Below, piece by piece: positions 49,287-61,208 of a DNA stretch of 64,000 nucleotides. Both the position numbers and the translations under genes were made by a program. Numbering within the stretch: position 1 is the stretch's first letter; every line of letters begins with the position of its first letter. A model generated the notes under the pieces. The model saw nothing but the letters and a program-made list of their open reading frames with translations, did not search any database and was not told the DNA's origin. Source of the DNA: Octopus sinensis. Taxonomy: Eukaryota. The stretch lies in NCBI RefSeq assembly GCF_006345805.1, contig NC_043025.1:12338001-12402000 (forward strand), in the 5' to 3' direction.

Positions 49287-49591
49287 TCTTTATATATAAA
49301 ACTGAAGTTGTGTGAGAGTCTGTCTCCTCCACTTTAGATTCCTTACTACTCCCACATTTTGCGGTACAGTTTAACCAAAAGCGGGTATCTTATAGTCGTG
49401 ATTCATATCGAGCCCTTCTGGGTATTAGCGCGCGTCTACGATGAATCTACGATTTTAAAAATAATTTACCATAATTTTTTCGTTTTTTTAATGCATTTTT
49501 TGCTCGGTTTATATAAGGGAAGTAACTCTCTAAAAATGCTTATATAGTTATTTCCCTTACAAACCCGAGCAACGCCGGGCAATACTGCTAG
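49287..49591 (+). mobile_element. Non-autonomous Helitron-type element (305 bp)
   Basis: A|TC start, CCCGAGCAACGCCGGG hairpin, CTAG|T end; shorter relative of 38358-38870. Confidence 0.8.
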
Positions 49592-49711
49592 TGTATTATA
49601 TTTTTTCTTTCTTTTTTTTTCTCATCCAATCCAGATATATGCCCACCACGACTCCACGGACGCGAAGCATTGCTGACAGTAATAATTCGAAAGTTCCTTG
49701 GCAGATGGGTG

Positions 49712-50017
49712 ATGGTGCACAGTAAGTTGCAGCTCGAAGTGTTGAGTCTGTATCGGCAACTTCTGCGCGCCACACGCAGCAAGCCTGGCTTCAGATCTTA
49801 CATCAGCGATGAGTTCCGTCGCAACATGACCATCCCGAGGACCAACATTCTTCAAATCGAATACATCATCAGGAATGGTAAGAAAAAGCTTGATTTACTG
49901 AAGAGACAGGAGGTTCAGAGTCTGGGGGTATTTTACAAAGAAACTGATAACCTTAATCCATCTACTACTACCTCAACAACAACTACTACTACTACTACTA
50001 CTACCTCTGGTACTTGA
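49712..50017 (+). CDS. SDHAF1: Succinate dehydrogenase assembly factor 1 (LYR protein), single coding exon, 101 aa
   Basis: MVHSKLQLEVLSLYRQLLRA...KPG...EFR...IPRTNILQIEY...GKKKL matches recalled SDHAF1 (HSRLQRQVLSLYRDLLRA...LPRSDVLRIEYL). Acceptor CTTGGCAG ends at 49704; poly-Thr tail from (ACT)n. Confidence 0.9.
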   Translation: MVHSKLQLEVLSLYRQLLRATRSKPGFRSYISDEFRRNMTIPRTNILQIEYIIRNGKKKLDLLKRQEVQSLGVFYKETDNLNPSTTTSTTTTTTTTTTSGT

Positions 50018-50394
50018 GGCCGGCGCTAGGAAGCAAGGGGCCCGTTTTGAGAATTATCGGCGGAACCCTCTTACTCTACAAACGCTGAAAATTCATGTTT
50101 TATGCTTTGTGTAATACGAATACGCCAATCCCAGCCAAAATGTGTTGAGGGCTTGAGGCCCCAATAGTACAATAGAAGCTGTGATGATATACTAAAAATT
50201 AAAAATTCATTGTAGCACCCTCTGCTTGAGTGTGTGGGTTCCAATTTCAGTGTGGGCCCCAATTTCAGTGTGGGTCCACCCTCTCTTGGAGCAGGTCCCA
50301 ATTTCAACAAATCTGTCTAATTGGCTTGAAACCAGCCCTGCTGATACTAACACAAAGTGAAGACCTGACCAGGGAATAAACATTGTGTATCTAA

Positions 50395-51585
50395 ATGTCG
50401 TCACTGAATATTGCTGCGATACGGTTGGCTGGTTTCTCATGGCAGGCCACTCGTTCTGCGAGACCATCCTGGGTCTCGCAACGTCTCGCTGTTCCAAGAA
50501 GGGTCCCACCGTTTGTTTGCCCTCTGCGAGCGAGCTCCTCCCGTGCCAGTACTATTATGCCTTTGGACACACCAAGGGTTACCGATGACCTCGATAGCCT
50601 GAACGAGTTCTTCAGCCAGAAAATTTTGCCTGCGTTCCCCGATGGGGTCCAGTGCTCGTTTGCATACGGCTCGGGGGCGTTCCAACAACAGGGTACGGAA
50701 CACATGAGCAAAAACATGCTAGATTTCATCTTCGTTGTTGATGACCCCGTTGCCTGGCATACTGAGAACCTACAGATAAACCGTCGTCATTACTCAGCCC
50801 TAAAGTTCCTGGGCACGCGGGCCATCACCCACATCCAGCAGCAATATGGCGCAGGGATTTACTTCAACACCCTCGTCATGCTTGGTGCCAGGCTGATCAA
50901 ATACGGCGTCGTGAGTACCGAGAGGCTGATCACCGACCTTTTGGACTGGGAGACCTTATACATGAGCGGCCGACTTCACAAACCAGTGTTGACGTTAAAG
51001 CAGCCCACAAACCCTGAGTTGATTGTTGCCCTTGACAACAACCTCCACAGCGCTGTGCATGCGGCGCTTCTACAACTGCCGGACACGTTCACCGAAGAGG
51101 AGCTGTACATGAGCATCGCCAACCTCTCATACTCCGGCGACTTCCGGATGTCAATTGGCGAAGACCGAAACAAGGTATCGAACATTGTGGTTCCGAATAT
51201 CCCTAAGTTCCGTTCCATGTATTCCAAAATCCTGGAATCTGAGGAACATGTGTTCTACAACCCTGTGCGACAGACCTACGAGCAGTACCCTAATCACATC
51301 TCACAGTACCATCACCTGAACCTGCTCCCTAAAACTGTCCACATTAATTTAGTGTCTCTCTGTAACCACAACCGGGCCATCCCCGATACGGAGGACGTGC
51401 TACGCAACCTTGCTAACGACCCCCATTGCGGGACATACGTTGCTAAATGCATCTCGGACATTGTCAAACGGTCAAGTTATAGTCAGAGCATAAAGACAAT
51501 TTTGACGGCAGGATTTCTGAAATCCGTCAAATACAGTTCGAAAAAACTCTTGAAAATGATGCGAAGCGTGAAGAATAAAAATTGA
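50395..51585 (+). CDS. TAMM41: Mitochondrial phosphatidate cytidylyltransferase, intronless, 396 aa
   Basis: FAYGSG...MLDFIFVVDDPVAWH...YGAGIYFN...IKYGV...DLLDWETLYMSGRLHKPV, YSGDFRM; Arg/Ser-rich presequence-like N-terminus. Confidence 0.96.
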   Translation: MSSLNIAAIRLAGFSWQATRSARPSWVSQRLAVPRRVPPFVCPLRASSSRASTIMPLDTPRVTDDLDSLNEFFSQKILPAFPDGVQCSFAYGSGAFQQQGTEHMSKNMLDFIFVVDDPVAWHTENLQINRRHYSALKFLGTRAITHIQQQYGAGIYFNTLVMLGARLIKYGVVSTERLITDLLDWETLYMSGRLHKPVLTLKQPTNPELIVALDNNLHSAVHAALLQLPDTFTEEELYMSIANLSYSGDFRMSIGEDRNKVSNIVVPNIPKFRSMYSKILESEEHVFYNPVRQTYEQYPNHISQYHHLNLLPKTVHINLVSLCNHNRAIPDTEDVLRNLANDPHCGTYVAKCISDIVKRSSYSQSIKTILTAGFLKSVKYSSKKLLKMMRSVKNKN

Positions 51586-53353
51586 AAAAAAAAAAAACCC
51601 TTGTCTTTTTTCTCTCTGTCTTTTCCTCATTTCAGTCGCTGGGCTGTGGTCATGCTGGGGCACCACCTCTAAAGGTTTCAGTCAAACAAATCAACCCCCG
51701 CCCCCATCATCATCCTCATCCTCATTTAACGTCCGCTTTCCATGCTAGCATGGGTTGGACGGTTCAACTGGAGTCTGGGGAGCCCGAAGGCTGCACCAGG
51801 CCAGTCTAGTCTGGCAGTGTTTCTACAGCTGGATGCCCTTCCTAACGCCAACCACTCCGAGAGTGTAGTGGGTGCTTTTTTGATATTTGTTTTTTATTGT
51901 TTTTATTGTGATATTTATTCTAAAGGACCCTGTTGACCTCTCTTTTGCTGAACTCTTTTACTTGTTTCAGTCATTTGACTGCGGCCATGCTGGAGCACCG
52001 CCTTTAGTCGAGCAAATCGACCCCGGGACTTATTCTTTATAAGCCCAGTACTTATTCTATCGGTCTCTTTTGCCGAACCGCTAAGTAACGGGGACGTAAA
52101 CACACCAGCATCGGTTGTCAAGCGATGTTGGGGAGACAAACACAGACACACAAACATACACACACACATACATATATATGACAGGCTTCTTTCAGTTTCC
52201 GTCTACCAAATCCACTCACAAGGCTTTAGTCGGCCCGGAGCTATAGCAGAAGACACTTGCCCAAGATGCCACGCAGTGGGACTGAACCTGGAACCATGTG
52301 GTTGGTTAGCAAGCTACTTACCACACAGCGCTAAGTTACAGGACATAAATAAACCAACAAGAGTTATAAAGTGGTACTGTGATAAACACAGACAGACACA
52401 CATGCACATAGTTATATACGGATCATTCCATATGAATTCAGCCAAAGTGGAGGCGCGTGGCTTAGTGGTTAGGGTGTCAGCATCATGATCGTAAGTTTGT
52501 GGTTTCAATTCCTGGACCGGGCGACGCGTTGTGTTCTTGAGCAAAACACTTCATTTCACTTTCTCCGGTCCACTCAGCTGGCAAAAATGAGTAACGCTGC
52601 GATGGACTGGCGTCCCGTCCAGCTGGGGAACACATACGCCATAGAAACCAAAAAACCAGTCCCATGAGCCTGGCTAGGCTTTAAAAAGGCGCATTTATGT
52701 GGAGGCAAATGGCCTAGTATTTAGAGCACTGGACTCGCGGTCGATGGATTGCAGGTTCAAATCTCAGACGGGGCAATGTGTGTGTTTATGGGCATAAACA
52801 CCTAAGCTCCGGCAGAAGGTAATGGCGAACTTCTGCTGACTCTTTCGCCACAACTTTCTCTCACTCTTTCCTCCTGCATCTTGCAGCTCACCTGCGACGG
52901 ATCGGCATCCCGTTCAGGTGGGGAACCTATACGCCAAGGAAACCAGGGAACTTGCCCTTATGAGCCAGGCATGGCTCAAGAAGAAACAATAAAAAAAAAA
53001 ATTCAACCAAAGGGAAAAAAATTTTGCACGTGACCAACTCAGATTTAGCCCAGGTTTTTTTTAGCAATACTTCTCTATGCATAAGGAAGACATGCATAAT
53101 TTTAGGATCCAGTTCCTAAGAGTTTCAACCAAAGTGGAGGCACGTGGCTTAGTGGTTAGGGTGTCAGCATCATGATCATAAGATTGTGGTTTCGATTCCA
53201 AGTCAGACCCATAAAAATTCGATAACTATGCCCCTTGTGGAGCAAGAATGTAATTTTATACAAATTTTGACATTTGTACCACAGAGCCAGAGCTGGTTTC
53301 AGCCAGGTTGGTATCAAAAGGGTTAAGAATTGATTCTCTATTATATATCTTAA

Positions 53354-53575
53354 CCCTTCTGTTACCATATTTCTGTTGAGATGCTCTGTGTTTCTTTCAA
53401 TTAATTTCAAATATAACAAAGAATTTAGTAAAATAACTTAGTTATCATTCAGCTAGTGTTAGGAACATAAATTGTAACTAAGGTTTGGTGGAAGGTTTTT
53501 AATTCAAAACTTATGAAAACAAGACATTTGTACTCAGAGCCAGAGCCGGTTTCAGCCGGGTTGGTAGCGAAAGGG
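53354..53575. mobile_element. piggyBac-type MITE (222 bp)
   Basis: TTAA|CCCTT ... AAGGG|TTAA. Confidence 0.8.
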
Positions 53576-54109
53576 TTAAACACCCTGGGCCAGGAACATT
53601 AAAACAATATATTGGTCTTCCGAAAAGAAAAATGGAATTCTACCACGATCACTACTTCTGCTGCTACTATTACTACTACTACAACCAACATGGTCACTAC
53701 TATTACTACTACGATCAACAGTCTCCCACTGCTGCTGATAACGGTCACTTTCACTACTACTGCTACTACTACTACTACAGCCAATGAACTACCACCAACA
53801 CCACCACCACGGTCGCTACTACTACTACGACCAACAGTCACTGCTGCTACTGCTATTTCGGCCACTGGTCATTTCCCTAATTTAGTCGACACATAAGACA
53901 GCTATTATGCTTCCTCCCAACAAAAAACCACCATGTGGACTCTGTTGAGACCAGTAAGAAACAATTATGAACTTTTTTATTACACTTAACTTTTGAAAAT
54001 ATTTTTGATAAGGTTGGGTTTTTTTTAAGAAGGACCGAAACATGTGAAATTTCTAAGAGAATTAAAATTTATCTTATATAGTGGCGTTTTTCAAACTTTT
54101 TTATAAATA

Positions 54110-54218
54110 TATATGTATGTGTATATATATATATATATATATGTATATGTATATATGTATATGTATATATGTATATGTATATATGTATATGTATATATGT
54201 ATATGTATATATGTATAT

Positions 54219-54249
<31 letters not shown>

Positions 54250-54493
54250 TATATGTATATGTATATATGTATATATATAATATGTATATATATATATGTA
54301 TGTATATATATATGTGTGTATATATATATATATATGTGGTATATATTATGTGTATATATGTATATATATATGTATATATATGTATATATATATGTATATA
54401 TATATGTATATATATATGTATATATAGGTATATATATAGTATATATATGTATATATATATGTATATATGTATATATATATGTATATATATATG

Positions 54494-54558
<65 letters not shown>

Positions 54559-54964
54559 GTAATATATATATATATAATAGTATATATATATATATATATA
54601 TATATATGTAATATATATTATATATATATATGTATATATATTATATATATATATGTATATATATAATATTATATAATTATAGATATATATATAGTATATA
54701 TATATATGTTTATATATGTATGTATGTATATCATCATCATGTTAATGTCCGTTTTCCGCGCTAGCACAGGTATATATGTATATATATATATATATGTGTA
54801 TATATATATATATTTATGTATATATATGTGTATATATATATGTGTGTGTATATATATATGTGTGTATATATATGTGTGTATATATATGTGTGTGTATATA
54901 TATGTATATATGTGTGTATATATATATATGTATATATATACATATGTGTATATATATATATGTG

Positions 54965-54996
<32 letters not shown>

Positions 54997-55091
54997 TATA
55001 TATGTATATATGTGTATATGTGTATATATATATGTGTATATATATATATTATATATATGTATATATATGTGTATGTATATGTATATATGTG

Positions 55092-55122
<31 letters not shown>

Positions 55123-55325
55123 GGATATATATATATACATATATAATAATATGTATATATATATATATGTATATATATATATGTATGTATATATGTATGT
55201 ATATATGTATGTATGTATATATGTATGTATATATGTATGTATATATGTATGTATGTATATATATATGTATGTATGTATGTACATATATATATATGTGTGT
55301 ATATATATATATATATATGTATAGT
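54110..55325. repeat. Long (TA/TG)n compound microsatellite
   Basis: Direct reading; similar tracts at about 3070-3560, 20455-20975, 22210-22690, 29750-29990, 42980-43705, 46400-46940. Confidence 0.95.
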
Positions 55326-56286
55326 ACTTTCTAGCCTGTTAAATTCACAAGTATGATACCTATTTCTTTACTACCCACAAGGGGCTAAACACAGAGGGGA
55401 CAAACAAGGACAGACAAACAGATTAAGTCGATTATATCGACCCCAGTGCGTAACTGGTACTTAGTTAATCGACCCCTGAAAGGATGAAAGGCAAAGTCAA
55501 CCTCGGCAGAATTACAAGTATGAGACCTAACAACCTGTAATCAACTATGTAGTTGGTGGGTCTAGAAATACCAGCCAAGACATCTTCAAAAGAAACCCTA
55601 TCCAGAATATGATGTGATGGTTATTGTTGGAACCCGTTCATTCAAGCACAGCTTATCATCTGAGCTGAGTTTAGAAAACAAAGTAAACTACAGATAAGAT
55701 ATACAAGGTAACCTAATTATTATGTAGGCTGTATATGCATAGTCATAAAGGGCATAAAATATAGGTGACGTATATATATATATATATACAGTTCATATTT
55801 GTACTTGGTTTGTATGGAATAATTATTTGACGAGAAAAAAAGGGCAACGGAATGACAACACGAGCAACCCTGAACATTTGAATGATTAACTGTTTGGGAA
55901 AAAGGGTTTATGAGTTTGAAAAACTAGTAAATTTGTTAGCGGAGTTACTGGAAATAAAGGACCAAACCAGTGCATGTGTTTATTATTACTGGTGTAATGC
56001 CCCTCCCAAAGTTCAGTAGTATATAAACATACATATACATACATACATATATAGAGCTATATAGCAATAAGAAAGAGGGGATCAATAGGTGGTTCATCAA
56101 CTTTTAGACATTATATATATCAACTTATTTATTTATTTACAAAATTACTGACAATTACGAGAATATACATACATGTATAACATATTATGCTTTACATATA
56201 AGATATAAAATATATTAATATATATATATAAAAATATATAAGGATACCAGTAATTATTAAAATATAACAAACAGGAATATAAATTG

Positions 56287-56323
<37 letters not shown>

Positions 56324-56425
56324 TCATACCTCACTACTACAGACCTCCCTTTGATGGATTTCAGAAGCAGTGGACAAAATCACAGAATTATCAACACCTT
56401 TTCACCATCCATGGTAAGTCTGATT

Positions 56426-57157
56426 TTAACCCTTTCATTACCATATTTCTGTTGAGATGCTCCATATTTCTTTCAATTACTTTAAATATAACAAAGAATT
56501 TAGTAAAATAACTTAGTTATCATTCAGCTGGTGTTAGGAACATAAATTGTGACTAAGGTTTGGGGGAAGATTTTAATTCAGAACTTTTGAAAATAAGACA
56601 TTTGTACTACAAAGCCAAAGCCGGTTTCAACCAGGTTGGTATCAAAAGGGTTAAGAATTGATTCTCTATTATATATTTTAACCCTTTTGTTACCATATTT
56701 CTATTGAGATGCTCTGTGTTTCTTTCAATTAATTTTAAATATAACAAGGAATTTAGTAAAATAACTTAGTTATCATTCAGCTAGTGTTAGGAACATAAAT
56801 TGTGACTAAGGTTTGGTGGAAGGTTTTAATTCAAAACTTATGAAAACAAGACATTTGTACTACAGAGCCAGAAGTGGTTTCAACCAGGTTGGTATCAAAA
56901 GGGTTAAGAATTGTTTCTCTATTATATATCTTAACCCTTTCATTACCATATTTCTGTTGAGATGCTCTGTGTTTCTTTCAATTAATTTAAATATAACAAA
57001 GAATTTAGTAAAATAACTTAGTTATCATTAAGCTAGTGTTAGGAACATAAATTGTGACAAGGTTTGGTGGAAGGTTTTAATTCATAACTAATGAAAACAA
57101 GACATTTGTACTCAGAGTCAAAGCCGGCTTCAGCCAGGTTGGTGTCAGAAGGGTTAA
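56426..57157. mobile_element. Three tandem piggyBac-type MITEs with 23-bp spacers
   Basis: Units 56430-56650, 56682-56903, 56935-57153, each TTAA|CCC...GGG|TTAA. Confidence 0.85.
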
Positions 57158-57369
57158 ATTAACAACGTTGAATTTACTGTAATATCATGTATATTTACAG
57201 TGTACAGGTATTTTACACCTGTCAAATTAGATTGTGTGCTAGATTAAAAGTACACTACTGTATTTGTTCCTCTGTAATGTAATTGTTGATATTGGATCCT
57301 CCTGATGTAACCTAACCTTATTGTCGGTACCTACAAATGGTCGTCTTCATCGGAGCGAAGTTCCTCTCT

Positions 57370-60300
57370 TTTAATCTGTAGTACTGAGGTATGAAAACTC
57401 CGATGTCTGGCAGCTGACTTGGCAGACACCCATAAAATTATCAACCATCGTACAAACATTAACTCTGAGCACCTTTTCAAACTCCACCCATCTAACACCC
57501 GTGGACATATTTACAAAGTCAGCAAACAGCACAGCTCCTTCCATGACTTTCGGAAACATTTTTTCACGCTGAGGGTTGCTGAAGCATGGAACAAACTGCC
57601 GGCATCAGTTGTTAGTTGTCGGAGCACTGCATCCTTCAAGACTTCCATGCTTCCTAAGATTCGCCAACACTACACCTGATCTTCTCCCCTCCATACACAC
57701 GCTGAAGCAGGGAAAAAACTGCCGGATCAGTTGTTAGTTGTCAGAGCACTGCATCCTTCAAAACTTCCATGCTTCCTGAGATTCGCCAACACTACACCTG
57801 ATCTTCTCCCCTCCATACACACGCTGAAGCATGGAACAAACTGTGGTATCAGTTGTTAGTTGTCGGAGCACTGCATCCTTCAAAACTTCCATGCTTCCTG
57901 AGATTCGCCAACACTACACCTGATTTTCTCCCCTCCATAGACATGCTGAAGCATGGAACAAACTGCCGGCATCAGTTGTTAGTTGTCGGAGCACTGCATC
58001 CTTCAAAACTTCCATGCTTTCTGAGATTCACCAACACTACACCTGATTTCCTCCCCTCCGTACACACACTGAAGCATGGAACAAACTGCCGGCATCAGTT
58101 GTTGGTTGTCGGAGCACTGCATCCTTTAAAATTTCCATGCTTTCTGAGATTCACCAACACTACACCTGATCTCCTCCCCTCCATACACACGCTGAAGCAT
58201 GGAACAAACTGCCGGCATCAGTTGTTGGTTGTCGGAGCACTGCATCCTTTAAAACTTCCATGCTTTCTGAGATTCACCAACACTACACCTGATCTCCTCC
58301 CCTCCATACACACGCTGAAGCATGGAACAAACTGCCGGCATCAGTTGTCGGAGCACTGCATCCTTGAAAACTTCCATGCTTTCTGAGATTCGCCAACACT
58401 ACACCTGATCTACTCCCCTCTATACACACGCTGAAGCATGGAACAAACTGCCGGCATCAGTTGTTGGTTGTCGGAGCACTGCATCCTTTAAAACTTCCAT
58501 GCTTTCTGAGATTCGCCAACACTACACCTGATCTTCTCCCCTCCATAGACATGCTGAAGCATGGAACAAACTGCCGGCATCAGTTGTTAGTTGTCGGAGC
58601 ACTGCATCCTTCAAAACTTCCATGCTTCCTGAGATTCGCCAACACTACACCTGATCTTCTCCCCTCCATAGACATGCTGAAGCATGGAACAAACTGCCGG
58701 CATCAGTTGTTAGTTGTCGGAGCACTGCATCCTTCAAAACTTCCATGCTTCCTGAGATTCGCCAACACTATACCTGATCTTCTCCCCTCCATAGACATGC
58801 TGAAGCATGGAACAAACTGCCGGCATCAGTTGTTAGTTGTCGGAGCACTGCATCCTTCAAAACTTCCATGCTTCCTGAGATTCGCCAACACTACACCTGA
58901 TCTTCTCCCCTCCATAGACACGCTGAAGCATGGAACAAACTGCCGGCATCAGTTGTTAGTTGTCGGAGCACTGCATCCTTCAAAACTTCCATGCTTTCTG
59001 AGATTCACCAACACTACACCTGATTTCCTCCCCTCCATACACACACTGAAGCATGGAACAAACTGCCGGCATCAGTTGTTAGTTGTCGGAGCACTGCATC
59101 CTTTAAAACTTCCATGCTTTCTGAGATTCACCAACACTACACCTGATCTCCTCCCCTCCATACACACGCTGAAGCATGGAACAAACTGCCGGCATCAGTT
59201 GTTGGTTGTCGGAGCACTGCATCCTTTAAAACTTCCATGCTTTCTGAGATTCACCAACACTACACCTGATCTCCTCCCCTCCATACACACGCTGAAGCAT
59301 GGAACAAACTGCCGGCATCAGTTGTCGGAGCACTGCATCCTTGAAAACTTCCATGCTTTCTGAGATTCACCAACACTACAACCTGATCTTCTCCCCTCCA
59401 TACACACGCTGAAGCATGGAACAAACTGCCGCCGCATCAGTTGTTAGTTGTCGGAGCACTGCATCCTTTAAAACTTCCATGCTTCCTGAGATTCGCCAAC
59501 ACTACACCTGATTTTCTCCCCTCCATACACACGCTGAAGCATGAACAAACTGCCGGCATCAGTTGTTAGTTGTCGGAGCACTGCATCCTTCAAAACTTCC
59601 ATGCTTTCTGAGATTCGCCAACACTACACCTGATTTTCTCCCCTCCATAGACATGCTGAAGCATGGAACAAACTGCCGGCATCAGTTGTTAGTTGTCGGA
59701 GCACTGCATCCTTCAAAACTTCCATGCTTCCTGAGATTCGCCAACACTACACCTGATTTTCTCCCCTCCATACACACGCTGAAGCATGGAACAAACTGCC
59801 GGCATCAGTTGTTAGTTGTCGGAGCACTGCATCCTTCAAAACTTCCATGCTTCCTGAGATTCGCCAACACTACACCTGATTTTCTCCCCTCCATAGACCC
59901 GCTGAAGCATGGAAAAACTGCCGGCATCAGTTGTTAGTTGTCGGAGCACTGCATCCTTCAAAACTTCCATGCTTTCTGAGATTCGCCAACACTACACCTG
60001 ATTTCTCCCCCCTCCATAGACACGCTGAAGCATGGAACAAACTGCCGGCATCAGTTGTTAGTTGTCGGAGCACTGCATCCTTCAAAACTTCCATGCTTTC
60101 TGAGATTCGCCAACACTACACCTGATTTTCTCCCCTCCATAGACACGCTGAAGCATGGAACAAACTGCCGGCATCAGTTGTTAGTTGTCGGAGCACTGCA
60201 TCCTTCAAAACTTCCATGCTTTCTGAGATTCGCCACACTACACCTGATTTCTCCCCTCCATAGACACGCTGAAGCATGGAACAAACTGCCGGCATCAGTT

Positions 60301-61010
60301 GTTAGTTGTCGGAGCACTGCATCCTTCAAAACTTCCATGCTTCCTGAGATTCGCCAACACTACACCTGATTTTCTCCCCTCCATACACACGCTGAAGCAT
60401 GGAACAAACTGCCGGCATCAGTTGTTAGTTGTCGGAGCACTGCATCCTTCAAAACTTCCATGCTTTCTGAGATTCGCCAACACTACACCTGATTTTCTCC
60501 CCTCCATAGACACGCTGAAGCATGGAACAAACTGCCGGCATCAGTTGTTAATTGTCGGAGCACTGCATCCTTCAAAACTTCCATGCTTTCTGAGATTCAC
60601 CAACACTACACCTGATTTTCTCCCCTCCATAGACACGCTGAAGCATGGAACAAACTGCCGGCATCAGTTGTTAGTTGTCGGAGCACTGCATCCTTCAAAA
60701 CTTCCATGCTTCCTGAGATTCGCCAACACTACACCTGATTTTCTCCCCTCCATAGACACGCTGAAGCATGGAACAAACTGCCGCATCAGTTTGTAGTTGT
60801 CGGAGCACTGCATCCTTCAAAACTTCCATGCTTCCTAGATTCGCCAACACTACACCTGATCTCCTCCCCTCCATACACACACAAGCATCTATCTGACTCA
60901 TACACTGTTCACTTCCCAGACATTTGTACATTACTGCATATACTTTATATGCACTGTCTGACAAGTTGTGGTGCACCTGAGTACTGTATACAATAATTTC
61001 ATTATTATTA
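57370..61010 (+). repeat. CR1 3' fragment expanded into ~27 tandem 123-bp units
   Basis: ORF2 tail LADTHKIINH...TRGHIYK...RVAEAWNKLP at about 57415-57679, then CTGAAGCATGG recurring every 123 bp, ending in the same 3' tail as the 23.2-kb copy. Confidence 0.92.
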
Positions 61011-61175
61011 TTTTATAAATACGCAGGTGTAGCTGTATGGTAAGAAGTTTGCACCTTGCGTGGTACCCTGGGCAGGTGTTGTCTACTGTAGCCTTAGGCA
61101 GACCAAATACTTGTGAGTGGATGTGGTAGATGGAAACTGAAAGAAGCCCATCGTGTATGTATGTATGTATATATA

Positions 61176-61199
<24 letters not shown>

Positions 61200-61208
<9 letters not shown>

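Noticed and set aside
53612-53896. Thr-rich mucin-like ORF
   Set aside because: Degenerate (ACT)n; no signal peptide or convincing splice sites.
54025-54046. AAGAAGGACCGAAACATGT hammerhead-like remnant; similar CTATGAG...AAAACGTC at 30270-30292 (-)
   Set aside because: Core and helix II too decayed to fold; at most Penelope-type fossils.
57853-60796. 41-aa repeat proteins; CRISPR-like periodicity
   Set aside because: Units are CR1-derived, lack unique spacers, have no cas genes nearby, and the frame breaks repeatedly.
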